DNA of 64,000 nt. Origin: Acidobacteriota bacterium. GTDB taxonomy: Bacteria > Acidobacteriota > Polarisedimenticolia > J045. A program made the position numbers and the translations under genes. Shown here one piece after another: positions 52,324 through 60,780 of the stretch. The notes beneath the pieces were generated by a model, which made no database searches, was not told where the DNA came from, and worked only from the letters and a program-made list of their open reading frames with translations. The DNA lies in the NCBI GenBank assembly GCA_017994815.1, contig JAGOJY010000008.1, positions 44,449 to 108,448 of the forward strand, given 5' to 3'. Numbering within the stretch: the stretch's first letter is position 1; the number at the start of each line of letters is the position of its first letter.

Positions 52324-52821
52324 ATGACCGGGGGACGGCTTCGGCTTGACCATCGCCGTTCGCTCCACGACCATTGCGGACCGGCGGATCTGCCGTTCGA
52401 GGTCAGCTTGGACTGGCGCGACAACTCCGGTTACACGCATCTCGAGCTTTACCCCGACGGGACTTACAAGTCATTCGTCCCCGAGGTCGACACGGAGTGG
52501 CTGATCGAGGGCGCGCGGGTCGTGCTCAAGGCGTCCTTCGCGGTCACGCTCCATACGAACGGGGGCCTGCGGCGCTGCGTGCTCGCCGCCCCGGCAGCCT
52601 TGTCCGTGCTCGGGGTCCCGGTCGTGGTCGCCGCCGACGAGCCGCTCGAACTGCACGAGAACGGAGCGCTGCACGCGTTCACGCTCGGGTCGCGGTCGGA
52701 GTGGAAGCCCTGGCGCAACCGGCCGTGGACCTACCGCGGCGCCTCGTACGCGCCCGGCACGCGGCTGGAGCTGTCGGCGGACGGCGCGGTCGTGAGCGCG
52801 ACGGAGGGCCGCGGGCCGTGA
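52324..52821 (+). CDS. hypothetical protein (weak MORN-variant-like repeats), start uncertain
   Basis: Track ORF 52273..52821. The stop overlaps the next gene start (GTGA), which supports translation. Repeated motifs YPDGTYKSF, LHTNGGLRRC and LHENGALHAF. Confidence 0.45.
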   Translation: MTGGRLRLDHRRSLHDHCGPADLPFEVSLDWRDNSGYTHLELYPDGTYKSFVPEVDTEWLIEGARVVLKASFAVTLHTNGGLRRCVLAAPAALSVLGVPVVVAADEPLELHENGALHAFTLGSRSEWKPWRNRPWTYRGASYAPGTRLELSADGAVVSATEGRGP

Positions 52822-54140
52822 CGCAGTTCCTGTCGCTGCTGCTGTTGATCGCGGTGACGGTCGTGGCGCTGATCCTGCATTTCCGCGCGCGGGGCAAGGC
52901 GGAAAAGAGGGCCCGGGCCAAGCTCGAGGCGACGATCGAATCCGGCAAGACCCAGGCCTACGCGCTGTACCCGAAGGTCGACCCGCAGAGGTGCTCCGGG
53001 TGCGGTGTGTGCACGGAGGTCTGCCCCGAGGGCGACATCCTGCAGATGGTGAACGGGTTCCCCGTCCTCGTCGCGCCCACCAAGTGCGTGGGGCACTCGC
53101 AGTGCTATCGCTCCTGCCCGGTCCACGCCATAACGATGGTCTTCGGGACCGAGACCAGCGGCAGGGAGGTCCCCGACTACGACGAGAACTACGAGACCAA
53201 CGTGGAAGGGATGTACATCGCCGGCGAGCTCGGCGGGATGGGGCTGATCGCGAACGCGATCAAGCAGGGTGTCTGGGCCGCGGGCCACGCCGCGGCCCAC
53301 CTCGACAGCTCGGTCCAGGCCGATGTCGACGTCCTGATCGTCGGCGCCGGGCCCGCGGGGCTCGCGGCGGCGCTGAAGTGCATCGAGCAAAAGGTGCGCT
53401 ACCGCTGCATCGAGCAGAACACGTTCGGCGGCACGGTCGCCAACTTCCCGCGACAGAAGCTCGTGATGAGTCATCCCGCGAGCCTGCCGATCGTCGGCAA
53501 GATGAGCTTCCCGAGGAACAAGATCGTCAAGGAGGACCTGCTGGCGTACTGGGCCGGTGTCCGCGAGAAGACGGGCCTGAAGGTGGACGAGCGGGTCAAG
53601 TTCAGCAACGCCGCCAGGAACGGCAAGCTGTTCGAGGTCGAGACCAGCGCGGGGAGCTTCACGGCCCAGAAGGTGATCCTCGCCGTCGGCGTCGGCGGCA
53701 CACCGCGCAAGCTGGGGCTGCCGAACGAAGACACCGAGAAGGTGGCGTTCAAGCTGATCGACCCGGAGCAATACCAGGGCTGCAAGATCGTCGTCGTCGG
53801 CGCCGGGGACTCGGCGGTCGAGGCCGCGCAGCGGGTCGCCGCCGAGAAGCTCGGGAACACCGTGCACCTGCTCGTCCGCGGCGACGCGCTCTCGCGGTGC
53901 AAGGAAGAGAACAGGAACAAGATCGAGGAGCTGGCCCGCGCGGGGCTGGTCAGCATCTGGTACTCGACGCAGGTCAAGGAGATCCACGCCGATCGCGTGG
54001 TCCTCGACCGGCAGGGCGAGAGGGTCGAGCTGCCGAACGACTACATCATCCTGTTCATGGGCACGGTCCCGCCGTTCGATTTCCTCAAGAAGATCGGCAT
54101 CGGCATCCGCACGCTCTACGGCGAGCCGCTCGCCCGCTGA
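52818..54140 (+). CDS. membrane-anchored 4Fe-4S ferredoxin fused to FAD/NAD(P)-dependent oxidoreductase
   Basis: In-frame part of track ORF 52374..54140 from GTG. N-terminal TM helix. Motifs CSGCGVCTEVCP and CYRSCP, then GMYIAGELGG, then VLIVGAGPAGL and VVVGAGDSAVEAA. Confidence 0.8.
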   Translation: MTQFLSLLLLIAVTVVALILHFRARGKAEKRARAKLEATIESGKTQAYALYPKVDPQRCSGCGVCTEVCPEGDILQMVNGFPVLVAPTKCVGHSQCYRSCPVHAITMVFGTETSGREVPDYDENYETNVEGMYIAGELGGMGLIANAIKQGVWAAGHAAAHLDSSVQADVDVLIVGAGPAGLAAALKCIEQKVRYRCIEQNTFGGTVANFPRQKLVMSHPASLPIVGKMSFPRNKIVKEDLLAYWAGVREKTGLKVDERVKFSNAARNGKLFEVETSAGSFTAQKVILAVGVGGTPRKLGLPNEDTEKVAFKLIDPEQYQGCKIVVVGAGDSAVEAAQRVAAEKLGNTVHLLVRGDALSRCKEENRNKIEELARAGLVSIWYSTQVKEIHADRVVLDRQGERVELPNDYIILFMGTVPPFDFLKKIGIGIRTLYGEPLAR

Positions 54141-54148
54141 CCGAGGCG

Positions 54149-56221
54149 TCAGTCGAGTCCGGCGAGGATCTCGCGGACCGCGTCCGCGTCGGGCCCGGCC
54201 GGCTGGAGTTCGAGCGCGCGGCGGAACGCCTCGCGCGCTCCCGCGCGGTCGTCCAGCTCGTAGAGCAGGATCGATCCGAGCGTACGCGCCAGCGCCGCCG
54301 AGGGGGCTGCCTCCAGCGCCCGGCGGTAGTGGCCCGCGGCATCGCGCGCGCGGCCTTGCTGGTAGGCGATGCGGCCGCGCGCTTCCCACGCCGGCGCGAA
54401 GCGCGGGTCGAGTTCGGTGGCCCGGGCCAGCGCGCGCTCGGCCGCCTCGATGTCGCCCAGCCGGGCCTCGATCGCGCCGCGCAGCGCGAGCAGGGCGGCG
54501 TCCTCGACCTCGCGGCGCCCGGCGTCCGCCAACAGGTCGCGGGCGTCCGCCAACCGACCCTGTTCGAAGAGCAGTTCGGCCAGCCCGCGCACCGACTCGG
54601 CGTGGCGCGGGTGCAACTCGAGCGCCCGGCGGAACTCCTGCTCGGCCTCGGCGCGCGTCCCGGGCGTCGCGCGCGCGGCGGCGCGCAGCGCGTTGGCGAG
54701 GTTGAAGTGCGGCAGGTAGTCGCGCGGCGCGCGGCGCACCGCCTCGCGGTGCGAGGCGACCGCCTGGTCGACGCGGCCGGCGGACAGGAGCGCGTTGCCG
54801 AGCGTCAGCCGCAGCGGCAGGTTCTCCGGGTTCTTGGCCAGGATCGGCTCCAACAGCGCGATCGCCTTGTCCGGCGATCCTTCGTGCACCAGCCGGCGCG
54901 CGCGGTCGAGTTCCGCAATCCAGGCGATGCCGTCCTTGGGATCGATCGTGCCGGTCGTCGCTGCGCGCGGGCCGCCGCCGGCGTAGCCGAGCGAGCGCAG
55001 CCGCTCGGCGCGCTCGGCGTCCCGCGCGTCCGGCTCGGCCGGGGCGGGGAGCGCGTCGTCGCCGAAGCGCTGGCGCAGCGCCGAGGCCAGCCGGCGGGCG
55101 TCGGCCCCCCGCAGCGCGGCGAGGTTCCGCAGCTCGCGCGGGTCGGCGCCGAGGTCGTACAGCTCCGGCCGTGGGGCCTCGATGTACTTCAGCCCGCCGA
55201 GCACCAGGCCGCGCAGCGGGGCCCAGCCGTAAGCCAGGGCGGGGTAGAGCGATTCCAGCTCGTAGCCGGGGTCGGTCCAGGCGCCGGACTTCAGCAGCGG
55301 GACCAGCGAGCGGGACGCTGCCTCGCGCCGGGCCGGCAGGTTCAGGAGCTCGCGCAGCGTCGGGGCCAGGTCGACGAGTCCCACGCTCTCGCGGACGACG
55401 CGCCCGGCAGGCACGCCGGGGCCCGCGAGCACGAGCGGCACGCGCTGGGTGGCCTGGTACACGAACGTGTCGTGCGCCGCCTCGCCGTGCTCGCCGAGGC
55501 TCTCGCCGTGATCGCCGGCGACCGCGACGACGAGCGAGCCGTCGAGCCCGGCCCCGGCCAGGCCCTCCATGAGCCGTCCCAGCTCGGCGTCCACGAAGGC
55601 GATTTCCCCGTCGTAGGGGTTCTTCTCGAAGCGGGCGCGGAACCGCTCGGGCGGGACGTAGGGCAGGTGCGGGTCGTAGAAGTGGACCCACAGGAAGAAC
55701 GGCGGCCGCAGCGTGCCGAGGCTCGCCAGCACGGCGTCCACGACCTGGCTCGCGCCGCGCTCCTCCCAGTCGAACCACGCGCGCGGGCCGACGCGCACGC
55801 GGTCGTCGAAGACGGCGAATCCCTGGTCGATGCCGGTCGAGCGGTCGAGCACGGCGGACGCGACGAACGCCCGGGTGGCGAACCCGCGCTCCCGCAGCTC
55901 CTCGGCCAGCGTCAGCTCGCCCGCCGGCAGGCGGAACCCGGCGTTGTCGCGCACGCCGTGCAGTCGCGGCGGTCGCCCGGTGAGGATCGAGGCGTGCGCC
56001 GGCAGCGTGAGCGGGACGGGGCTCAGCGCCTGGTCGAACCGCGTCCCGCGCCGCGCGAGCGCGTCGATGTTGGGCGTGGCGGCCCCGCCCGCGCCGTAGC
56101 AGCCGAGGTGGTCGGCGCGCGTGGTGTCGAGCGTGACCAGGAGCAGGCTTCGCGGTGGCGGCGGCGGCACCGCCGCGGGGGGCGCTGCCGCGAGCACCGC
56201 GAGCGCAACGGCGAGCGACAT
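54149..56221 (-). CDS. sulfatase-like domain (Thr at nucleophile position) fused to TPR repeats
   Basis: Track ORF 54149..56272, with the start taken at MSLAVALAVLAAAPP (residue 18). Metal site LVTLDTTRADH. The signature reads TLPAHASILTG. The C-terminal region of about 300 aa is TPR-like. Confidence 0.8.
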   Translation of the reverse strand: MSLAVALAVLAAAPPAAVPPPPPRSLLLVTLDTTRADHLGCYGAGGAATPNIDALARRGTRFDQALSPVPLTLPAHASILTGRPPRLHGVRDNAGFRLPAGELTLAEELRERGFATRAFVASAVLDRSTGIDQGFAVFDDRVRVGPRAWFDWEERGASQVVDAVLASLGTLRPPFFLWVHFYDPHLPYVPPERFRARFEKNPYDGEIAFVDAELGRLMEGLAGAGLDGSLVVAVAGDHGESLGEHGEAAHDTFVYQATQRVPLVLAGPGVPAGRVVRESVGLVDLAPTLRELLNLPARREAASRSLVPLLKSGAWTDPGYELESLYPALAYGWAPLRGLVLGGLKYIEAPRPELYDLGADPRELRNLAALRGADARRLASALRQRFGDDALPAPAEPDARDAERAERLRSLGYAGGGPRAATTGTIDPKDGIAWIAELDRARRLVHEGSPDKAIALLEPILAKNPENLPLRLTLGNALLSAGRVDQAVASHREAVRRAPRDYLPHFNLANALRAAARATPGTRAEAEQEFRRALELHPRHAESVRGLAELLFEQGRLADARDLLADAGRREVEDAALLALRGAIEARLGDIEAAERALARATELDPRFAPAWEARGRIAYQQGRARDAAGHYRRALEAAPSAALARTLGSILLYELDDRAGAREAFRRALELQPAGPDADAVREILAGLD

Positions 56222-56232
56222 CGGCGCGAGGC

Positions 56233-56856
56233 TCACCCCTTGTAGAGGTCGCCGTAGAGATCGCGGCCGCACTGGGGGCAGATGCCGTGGGTGAACGAGG
56301 CCTCGGAGTGGTCCTGCACGAACGTCTCGATCTGTTTCCAGTACCCCTGGTCGTCGCGCACGCGCTTGCAGGCGATGCAGATCGGCAAGAGGCCGGTCAG
56401 GCGCTTGACCTGCGCCAGCGCTTCCTGGAGCTGGACGATCAGCTGTTCGCGCTCGACGGTCAACTTCCGGCGCTCGAGCGCGTAGCGGATCGCGCGCACG
56501 AGGTACGGGGTGTCCACGTTCTCCTTGAGCAGGTAGTCCTGGGCCCCGGTCCGCACGGCGGTGAGGGCCATCGATTCGTCGTTCATGCCGGTCAGGACGA
56601 GGACGGGGATGCCGACCGACGCGACCAGCGCGCGCCGCACGGTGTCGAGCCCCGACGCGTCGGGGAGCGAGAGGTCGAGCAGGACCACGTCCGGTTTGGG
56701 CTCCTGCGCGAGGGCGTCTTCGGCCGCGCGCAGCCGCTCGACGTGGACGACGCTGAATTCCCCCCCGGTGACATCGGCGAGCGCGAGCTGGACGAGCCGC
56801 GCGTACGCGTGGTTGTCCTCGACGAGGAGGACTCGGACCGGTCCTTCGGCGTCCAT
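56233..56856 (-). CDS. response regulator receiver with coiled coil and C-terminal four-Cys domain
   Basis: Track ORF, 207 aa. REC region (VLLVEDNH, VVLLDLSLPD). Tail LLPICIACKRVRDDQGYWKQIETFVQDHSEASFTHGICPQCGRDLY. Confidence 0.85.
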   Translation of the reverse strand: MDAEGPVRVLLVEDNHAYARLVQLALADVTGGEFSVVHVERLRAAEDALAQEPKPDVVLLDLSLPDASGLDTVRRALVASVGIPVLVLTGMNDESMALTAVRTGAQDYLLKENVDTPYLVRAIRYALERRKLTVEREQLIVQLQEALAQVKRLTGLLPICIACKRVRDDQGYWKQIETFVQDHSEASFTHGICPQCGRDLYGDLYKG

Positions 56857-56911
56857 CGTCCTCTCCCTTGACTCGTGACCGCTTACCGTTCCGTACCCCC
56901 GCTGGCCGGGG

Positions 56912-56920
56912 ATTATGCCA
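56912..56920 (-). promoter_or_regulatory. extended -10 promoter candidate TGGCATAAT
   Basis: The minus strand reads TGgCATAAT about 55 nt upstream of the response-regulator ATG. It lies in the 93-nt gap after the upstream giant gene, which is conspicuous in GC-rich DNA. Confidence 0.4.
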
Positions 56921-56949
56921 TGCGGCGAGGCTCCTCGTTTGTCAACCGT

Positions 56950-59900
56950 TCAGGGACCTTCCTGGCCGCAGGCGTTCCTGCCGCGCACCGCGTAGAAGTA
57001 GGTTTCCCGGTTGGCGCCGGCCCCGATGTCCTCCCACCAACCTGCCGCAGGCGTCGCGACCAGGGCGAAGTCGCCCGGGGCGGCGTCGGGCGAGCGGTAC
57101 ACGGCGTAACCGGCGGCGCCCGACGCCGCGTCCCAGTCCAGCCGCACGTGCGCCCGCCCCACCAGCTGCACGCGCATCCCGGCAACCTCCGCCGGCAGCG
57201 CCTGCGCGGTGTCGTCGCGCCCGGCCACGTAGGTCGTGTTGGCGTCGACGAGGCCGCCGTTGTGCGGTCCCCCCGCGCACGTTTCGTTGTTCTCGGCGCG
57301 GACGAGGTAGTAGAACGCCTGGTCCGGCGGCGCCGAAAGGTCCTGGTACGACAGGCCCGCCACGCCGTGGGCCAGGAGGTTGCCCGGCCCGGGGGTGAAC
57401 CCCGGCGCGGTGTCGCGGTACACGGCGTAGCTGCCGCCGTCCGCGGTGCCCCACGCGACCGCCGCGTTCCAGCGGATCGTCACCGCCGAGTCGGCGCACG
57501 GGTCGTCGTCGGTGGCGCCCGTCGCGCCGGCGAACGACGGCGCCGCGCCGCAACCGCCGCAGGGACCGTAGTCGGGCAGCGTGCCGTCCTTGAAGATCAC
57601 CTCGTCGATGTTCCAGCCGGAGAACTGGCCGCTGCCGTCGGACTTCTGCTGGAACTGCAGGCGGATCGCCGGCTTGCCATCCGCCATGGCGGAGACGTCG
57701 TAGGTCATCTGTTGGTACGCGAACTCGGAGACCTGCTGGTTCTGGCTGCGCCAGACCGGGAGGCCGGTCGGGGTCCAGATCCAGATCGAGGCGTCGTCGT
57801 TGCGCCCGGAGTTCAGCCGGCGCATGAACAGGAGCTTCGTGTTGCGCCAGGTGGTCGCGTCGAGGTAGGGCGAGGTCGCGGCCTCGGTCCGGCTGGCCTC
57901 GTAGTCGCCGGGGTACGTGCCGCGCCCGGTGAGGTCGTGGCCGAGCACCTGCGAGTGGTTGTAGGCCACGGCCGGGTCGGGCGCGCCGCCGCCCGAGCCG
58001 CCGCGGCCCTGCGGGGCGCCGATCTCCCACTCGCCGCCGAGCTGCCAGCCGGTGGGCGCCTTGTCGAAGCTGTCGTGCCAGTACAGTCCCGGGATCTCGC
58101 CGGTCTGGAAGCGGAACGGCGCGCCGCCGTCGTCCGCCGTCACCGTGTTGCCGAAAGCGTCCGTGCTGCGGACGCGGAAGTACGCCGTTCCGCACGCGTC
58201 GAACCGGTTCAGCGTCAGGGCGTGGGAGGTTGTGAGCGCCGCGTCCGAGGCGAGCTGGCCCAGCGCGGGCGTGGTGCCCCACTCGACCACGGTGTCGCCG
58301 GGCTCGGCCGTCGTGAACCGGATCGTGGCCCGCGCGTCGGTGATCGTGTCCACGCGCAGCGAGCCGATCGGCGGACCGGCGCAGTCCGCGAGCGCGGTGG
58401 CGAACGACATGGCCGTCGCGCCGGTGCCGTCGTCCTCGTCGGCGTAGGAGACCGTGATCGTGTCGCCGTGCGCGAGCTGCAACAGCCCGTCCGGGACCGG
58501 CGCGCCCGCGGCGGTCGCAATCGAGCCGGTGAACGTGGAGCTGTTCGGGCCGGTCTCGGTCAGGAGCACCGTTTCGCCCGCGAACTCGCTGCTGCTCGTG
58601 ACCTCGACGATCGCTGTTTCGGCGGCGCCGGCGTCGCGGTTGAGGTCCATGTCCACGAGCCGGAAGCTGGCGACGTCGGCGCAGGACCAGGTCGCCGCGT
58701 CCTGGCTGACGCGGCCGGCGTGGCACGGCTGCAGGCCGCTGCCGAAGTTGCCCAGCGTCTCGAAGTGGTAGTACCCGCCACCGTTGTCGGCGCGGGCGGT
58801 GTTGCCGGCCTCGTCGCTCGAGCGGACCTCGTAGTAGTAGACGGTGCAAGCGGAGAGCCCGGTCAGCGTCAGGGTGTGGTCGGTCACCAGCGCCGGCTTC
58901 GCGGTCGTCGTTCCCGGGGGCGGCACCGGGCCCCAGACGACCTGGCTGTCCGACGCCTCGTCGGTGCCCCACTGGATCGTCGCCTGGGTGTCGCTGACGC
59001 CGGTGTCGTGGACGTTGGAGATCGCCGGCAGGACGCAGTCGACCAGCGCCGAGGCTTCGTACGGCACGTCGAGCGCGCCGTCGCAGTCGAAGGCATCCAC
59101 GTAGCGCGCGTGCAGCGCGTCGCCCGCGGCGATGCTGAGCAACCCGTCGCCGGGCTGGGCCGGCGCGTTGGTGGTCGGCAGCGACCCGGAGAAGATCATC
59201 GAGTCCGGGCCGTCCTCGACGAGCGTCAGGATCTCGGGGACCGGCTCCGTCGTGCTCCAGACGGCGACCTGGACGCTCTGCGGCGATCCGGGGTCGGTGT
59301 CGAGGTCGGCGTCGCCGACCAGCACGCGCAGCGAAGAACCGCAGGCGTAGGCGTTGCGGTCGAAGGCGACCTTGAACGGCTGCGCGAGTTCGGCCAGCGT
59401 CGCCACCGAGGTCCGGACGACGGAGTAGAAGAACGCCTTCTCGCCGCAGTTGGCGATGGTGTCGGTCGACTGGTGGTAGTAGGGGTAGTTGCCCGCCTGC
59501 CCGCAGTAGCCCTCGTTGTCGGTGATGCCGCAGACCGCCTTCCAGCCCCGGCGCCAGAACGGGTCGTGGTCCGAGGCGTGCAGGCTCGGGCAGTAGATCG
59601 CGTTCACGACGAGGCCGGTCCCGTAATCGCCCGCGCAGCGCGCGAAGCGCTCGGCGAGACCCTGCGACGGACCGTCGTAGTCGAGGTCGAGGTTCTCGGG
59701 GTTCGGCACGCCGTTGCCGGCCCAGGCGATCATGTCCATGTTGATCACGCCCTGGATGTTCTCGCCGCGGGCCAGGGCGTCCGCCGCGTAGGCGTCGCTG
59801 CCGAGCAACCCCGATTCCTCGCCGGTGCAGGCGATGTACTTGATCGTGTTCTTGTAGGCCCAGCAGTTCATCGCGCGGGCCGACTCCAGCACGTTCACCG

Positions 59901-60696
59901 TGCCGGAGGCGTTGTCGTCGGCGCCCGGCGCGGGGCCGCTGCTCGGCAGGTCGTCGAGGTGGCCGATGACGATGTACACCTCGTCCGGGTTGATCGCGCC
60001 GACCCGCGTACCGATCGCGTTCGGCGCGTGGTTCGCGCTCCAAGTCTGCAGTTCGGCTCCGAGGCCGAGCGAGAGGAACGTGTCGCGGCAGTAGGCGGCC
60101 GCGTCACGGCATCCCTGCGAGGTGGAGTAGCGCGTCTTGGTCGGTTCGTTTTGAGTCAGGTGCAGCCAGTAGCCGTCCACCGCGGCCGGGCTGACCGCCT
60201 CGACGATCTTCTGCACCAGCGGATCGGCGGCGTTGATCTGCGCGGCGGGGCTGTCCGGGGCGGGCGGCGCCAGCGGTTCGTGGCCCACGCGCGAGAGCAA
60301 CAGGCGCGCCTCGGCCAGCGGGGCGAGGTCGGCGCCGGCGGGGATGCGCAGCAGGAGCCAGTTCTCGCGGGCGAGCAGCGTGGTCGCGATCGACGCGGCC
60401 GTTGCGAGGTCCGAGTCCGGCCGCGTTCCGGCGATGACGTAGTCCCGGCCTTCGGTGTCGCGGTCGATCACCTCCGGCGCGAGGCCCAGCGCGCGGGCGC
60501 GCGCGAGGTCCGCTTCCGTCCCCTCGAGCAACAGGCAGCAGTTCGTTTCGGCGACGACGGGCAGGCCCTGCGCGAGGAGCGCCTGCCGGTCCGTGGGGGC
60601 CTGGCGCTCGACGAGGAACAGCAGGCCGGTGTCGGCGGCGGCGGCGGGAAGGCAGGCCAGGAGCAGGACGACCACGGGCGTCGGCAGTCTGCGCAT
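56950..60696 (-). CDS. giant secreted multidomain protein with M28 aminopeptidase head
   Basis: Track ORF, 1248 aa. Signal peptide present. M28 motifs IGHLDD, GADDNASG, TGEESGLLGS, INMDMIA and SDHDPF. These are followed by two (beta-sandwich module + FN3) units, a MAM/LamG-like domain (GWNIDEVIF) and two FN3-like domains. The protein ends in ACGQEGP. Confidence 0.85.
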   Translation of the reverse strand: MRRLPTPVVVLLLACLPAAAADTGLLFLVERQAPTDRQALLAQGLPVVAETNCCLLLEGTEADLARARALGLAPEVIDRDTEGRDYVIAGTRPDSDLATAASIATTLLARENWLLLRIPAGADLAPLAEARLLLSRVGHEPLAPPAPDSPAAQINAADPLVQKIVEAVSPAAVDGYWLHLTQNEPTKTRYSTSQGCRDAAAYCRDTFLSLGLGAELQTWSANHAPNAIGTRVGAINPDEVYIVIGHLDDLPSSGPAPGADDNASGTVNVLESARAMNCWAYKNTIKYIACTGEESGLLGSDAYAADALARGENIQGVINMDMIAWAGNGVPNPENLDLDYDGPSQGLAERFARCAGDYGTGLVVNAIYCPSLHASDHDPFWRRGWKAVCGITDNEGYCGQAGNYPYYHQSTDTIANCGEKAFFYSVVRTSVATLAELAQPFKVAFDRNAYACGSSLRVLVGDADLDTDPGSPQSVQVAVWSTTEPVPEILTLVEDGPDSMIFSGSLPTTNAPAQPGDGLLSIAAGDALHARYVDAFDCDGALDVPYEASALVDCVLPAISNVHDTGVSDTQATIQWGTDEASDSQVVWGPVPPPGTTTAKPALVTDHTLTLTGLSACTVYYYEVRSSDEAGNTARADNGGGYYHFETLGNFGSGLQPCHAGRVSQDAATWSCADVASFRLVDMDLNRDAGAAETAIVEVTSSSEFAGETVLLTETGPNSSTFTGSIATAAGAPVPDGLLQLAHGDTITVSYADEDDGTGATAMSFATALADCAGPPIGSLRVDTITDARATIRFTTAEPGDTVVEWGTTPALGQLASDAALTTSHALTLNRFDACGTAYFRVRSTDAFGNTVTADDGGAPFRFQTGEIPGLYWHDSFDKAPTGWQLGGEWEIGAPQGRGGSGGGAPDPAVAYNHSQVLGHDLTGRGTYPGDYEASRTEAATSPYLDATTWRNTKLLFMRRLNSGRNDDASIWIWTPTGLPVWRSQNQQVSEFAYQQMTYDVSAMADGKPAIRLQFQQKSDGSGQFSGWNIDEVIFKDGTLPDYGPCGGCGAAPSFAGATGATDDDPCADSAVTIRWNAAVAWGTADGGSYAVYRDTAPGFTPGPGNLLAHGVAGLSYQDLSAPPDQAFYYLVRAENNETCAGGPHNGGLVDANTTYVAGRDDTAQALPAEVAGMRVQLVGRAHVRLDWDAASGAAGYAVYRSPDAAPGDFALVATPAAGWWEDIGAGANRETYFYAVRGRNACGQEGP

Positions 60697-60780
60697 TCAG
60701 CGCTCCCCGACGGCCGGCCCGGTGTCCCGCGTCGCGGGATCCCGGGTCGGCCGCGTGTTGGCGAGGCTACTTGCTGCGGC

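Noticed and set aside
56940-56945. Perfect TTGACA on the minus strand upstream of the extended -10 candidate, considered as its -35 element.
   Set aside because: Spacing to CATAAT is 22 nt, which is too long for a sigma70 -35/-10 pair. The promoter call rests on the TGn extended -10 only.
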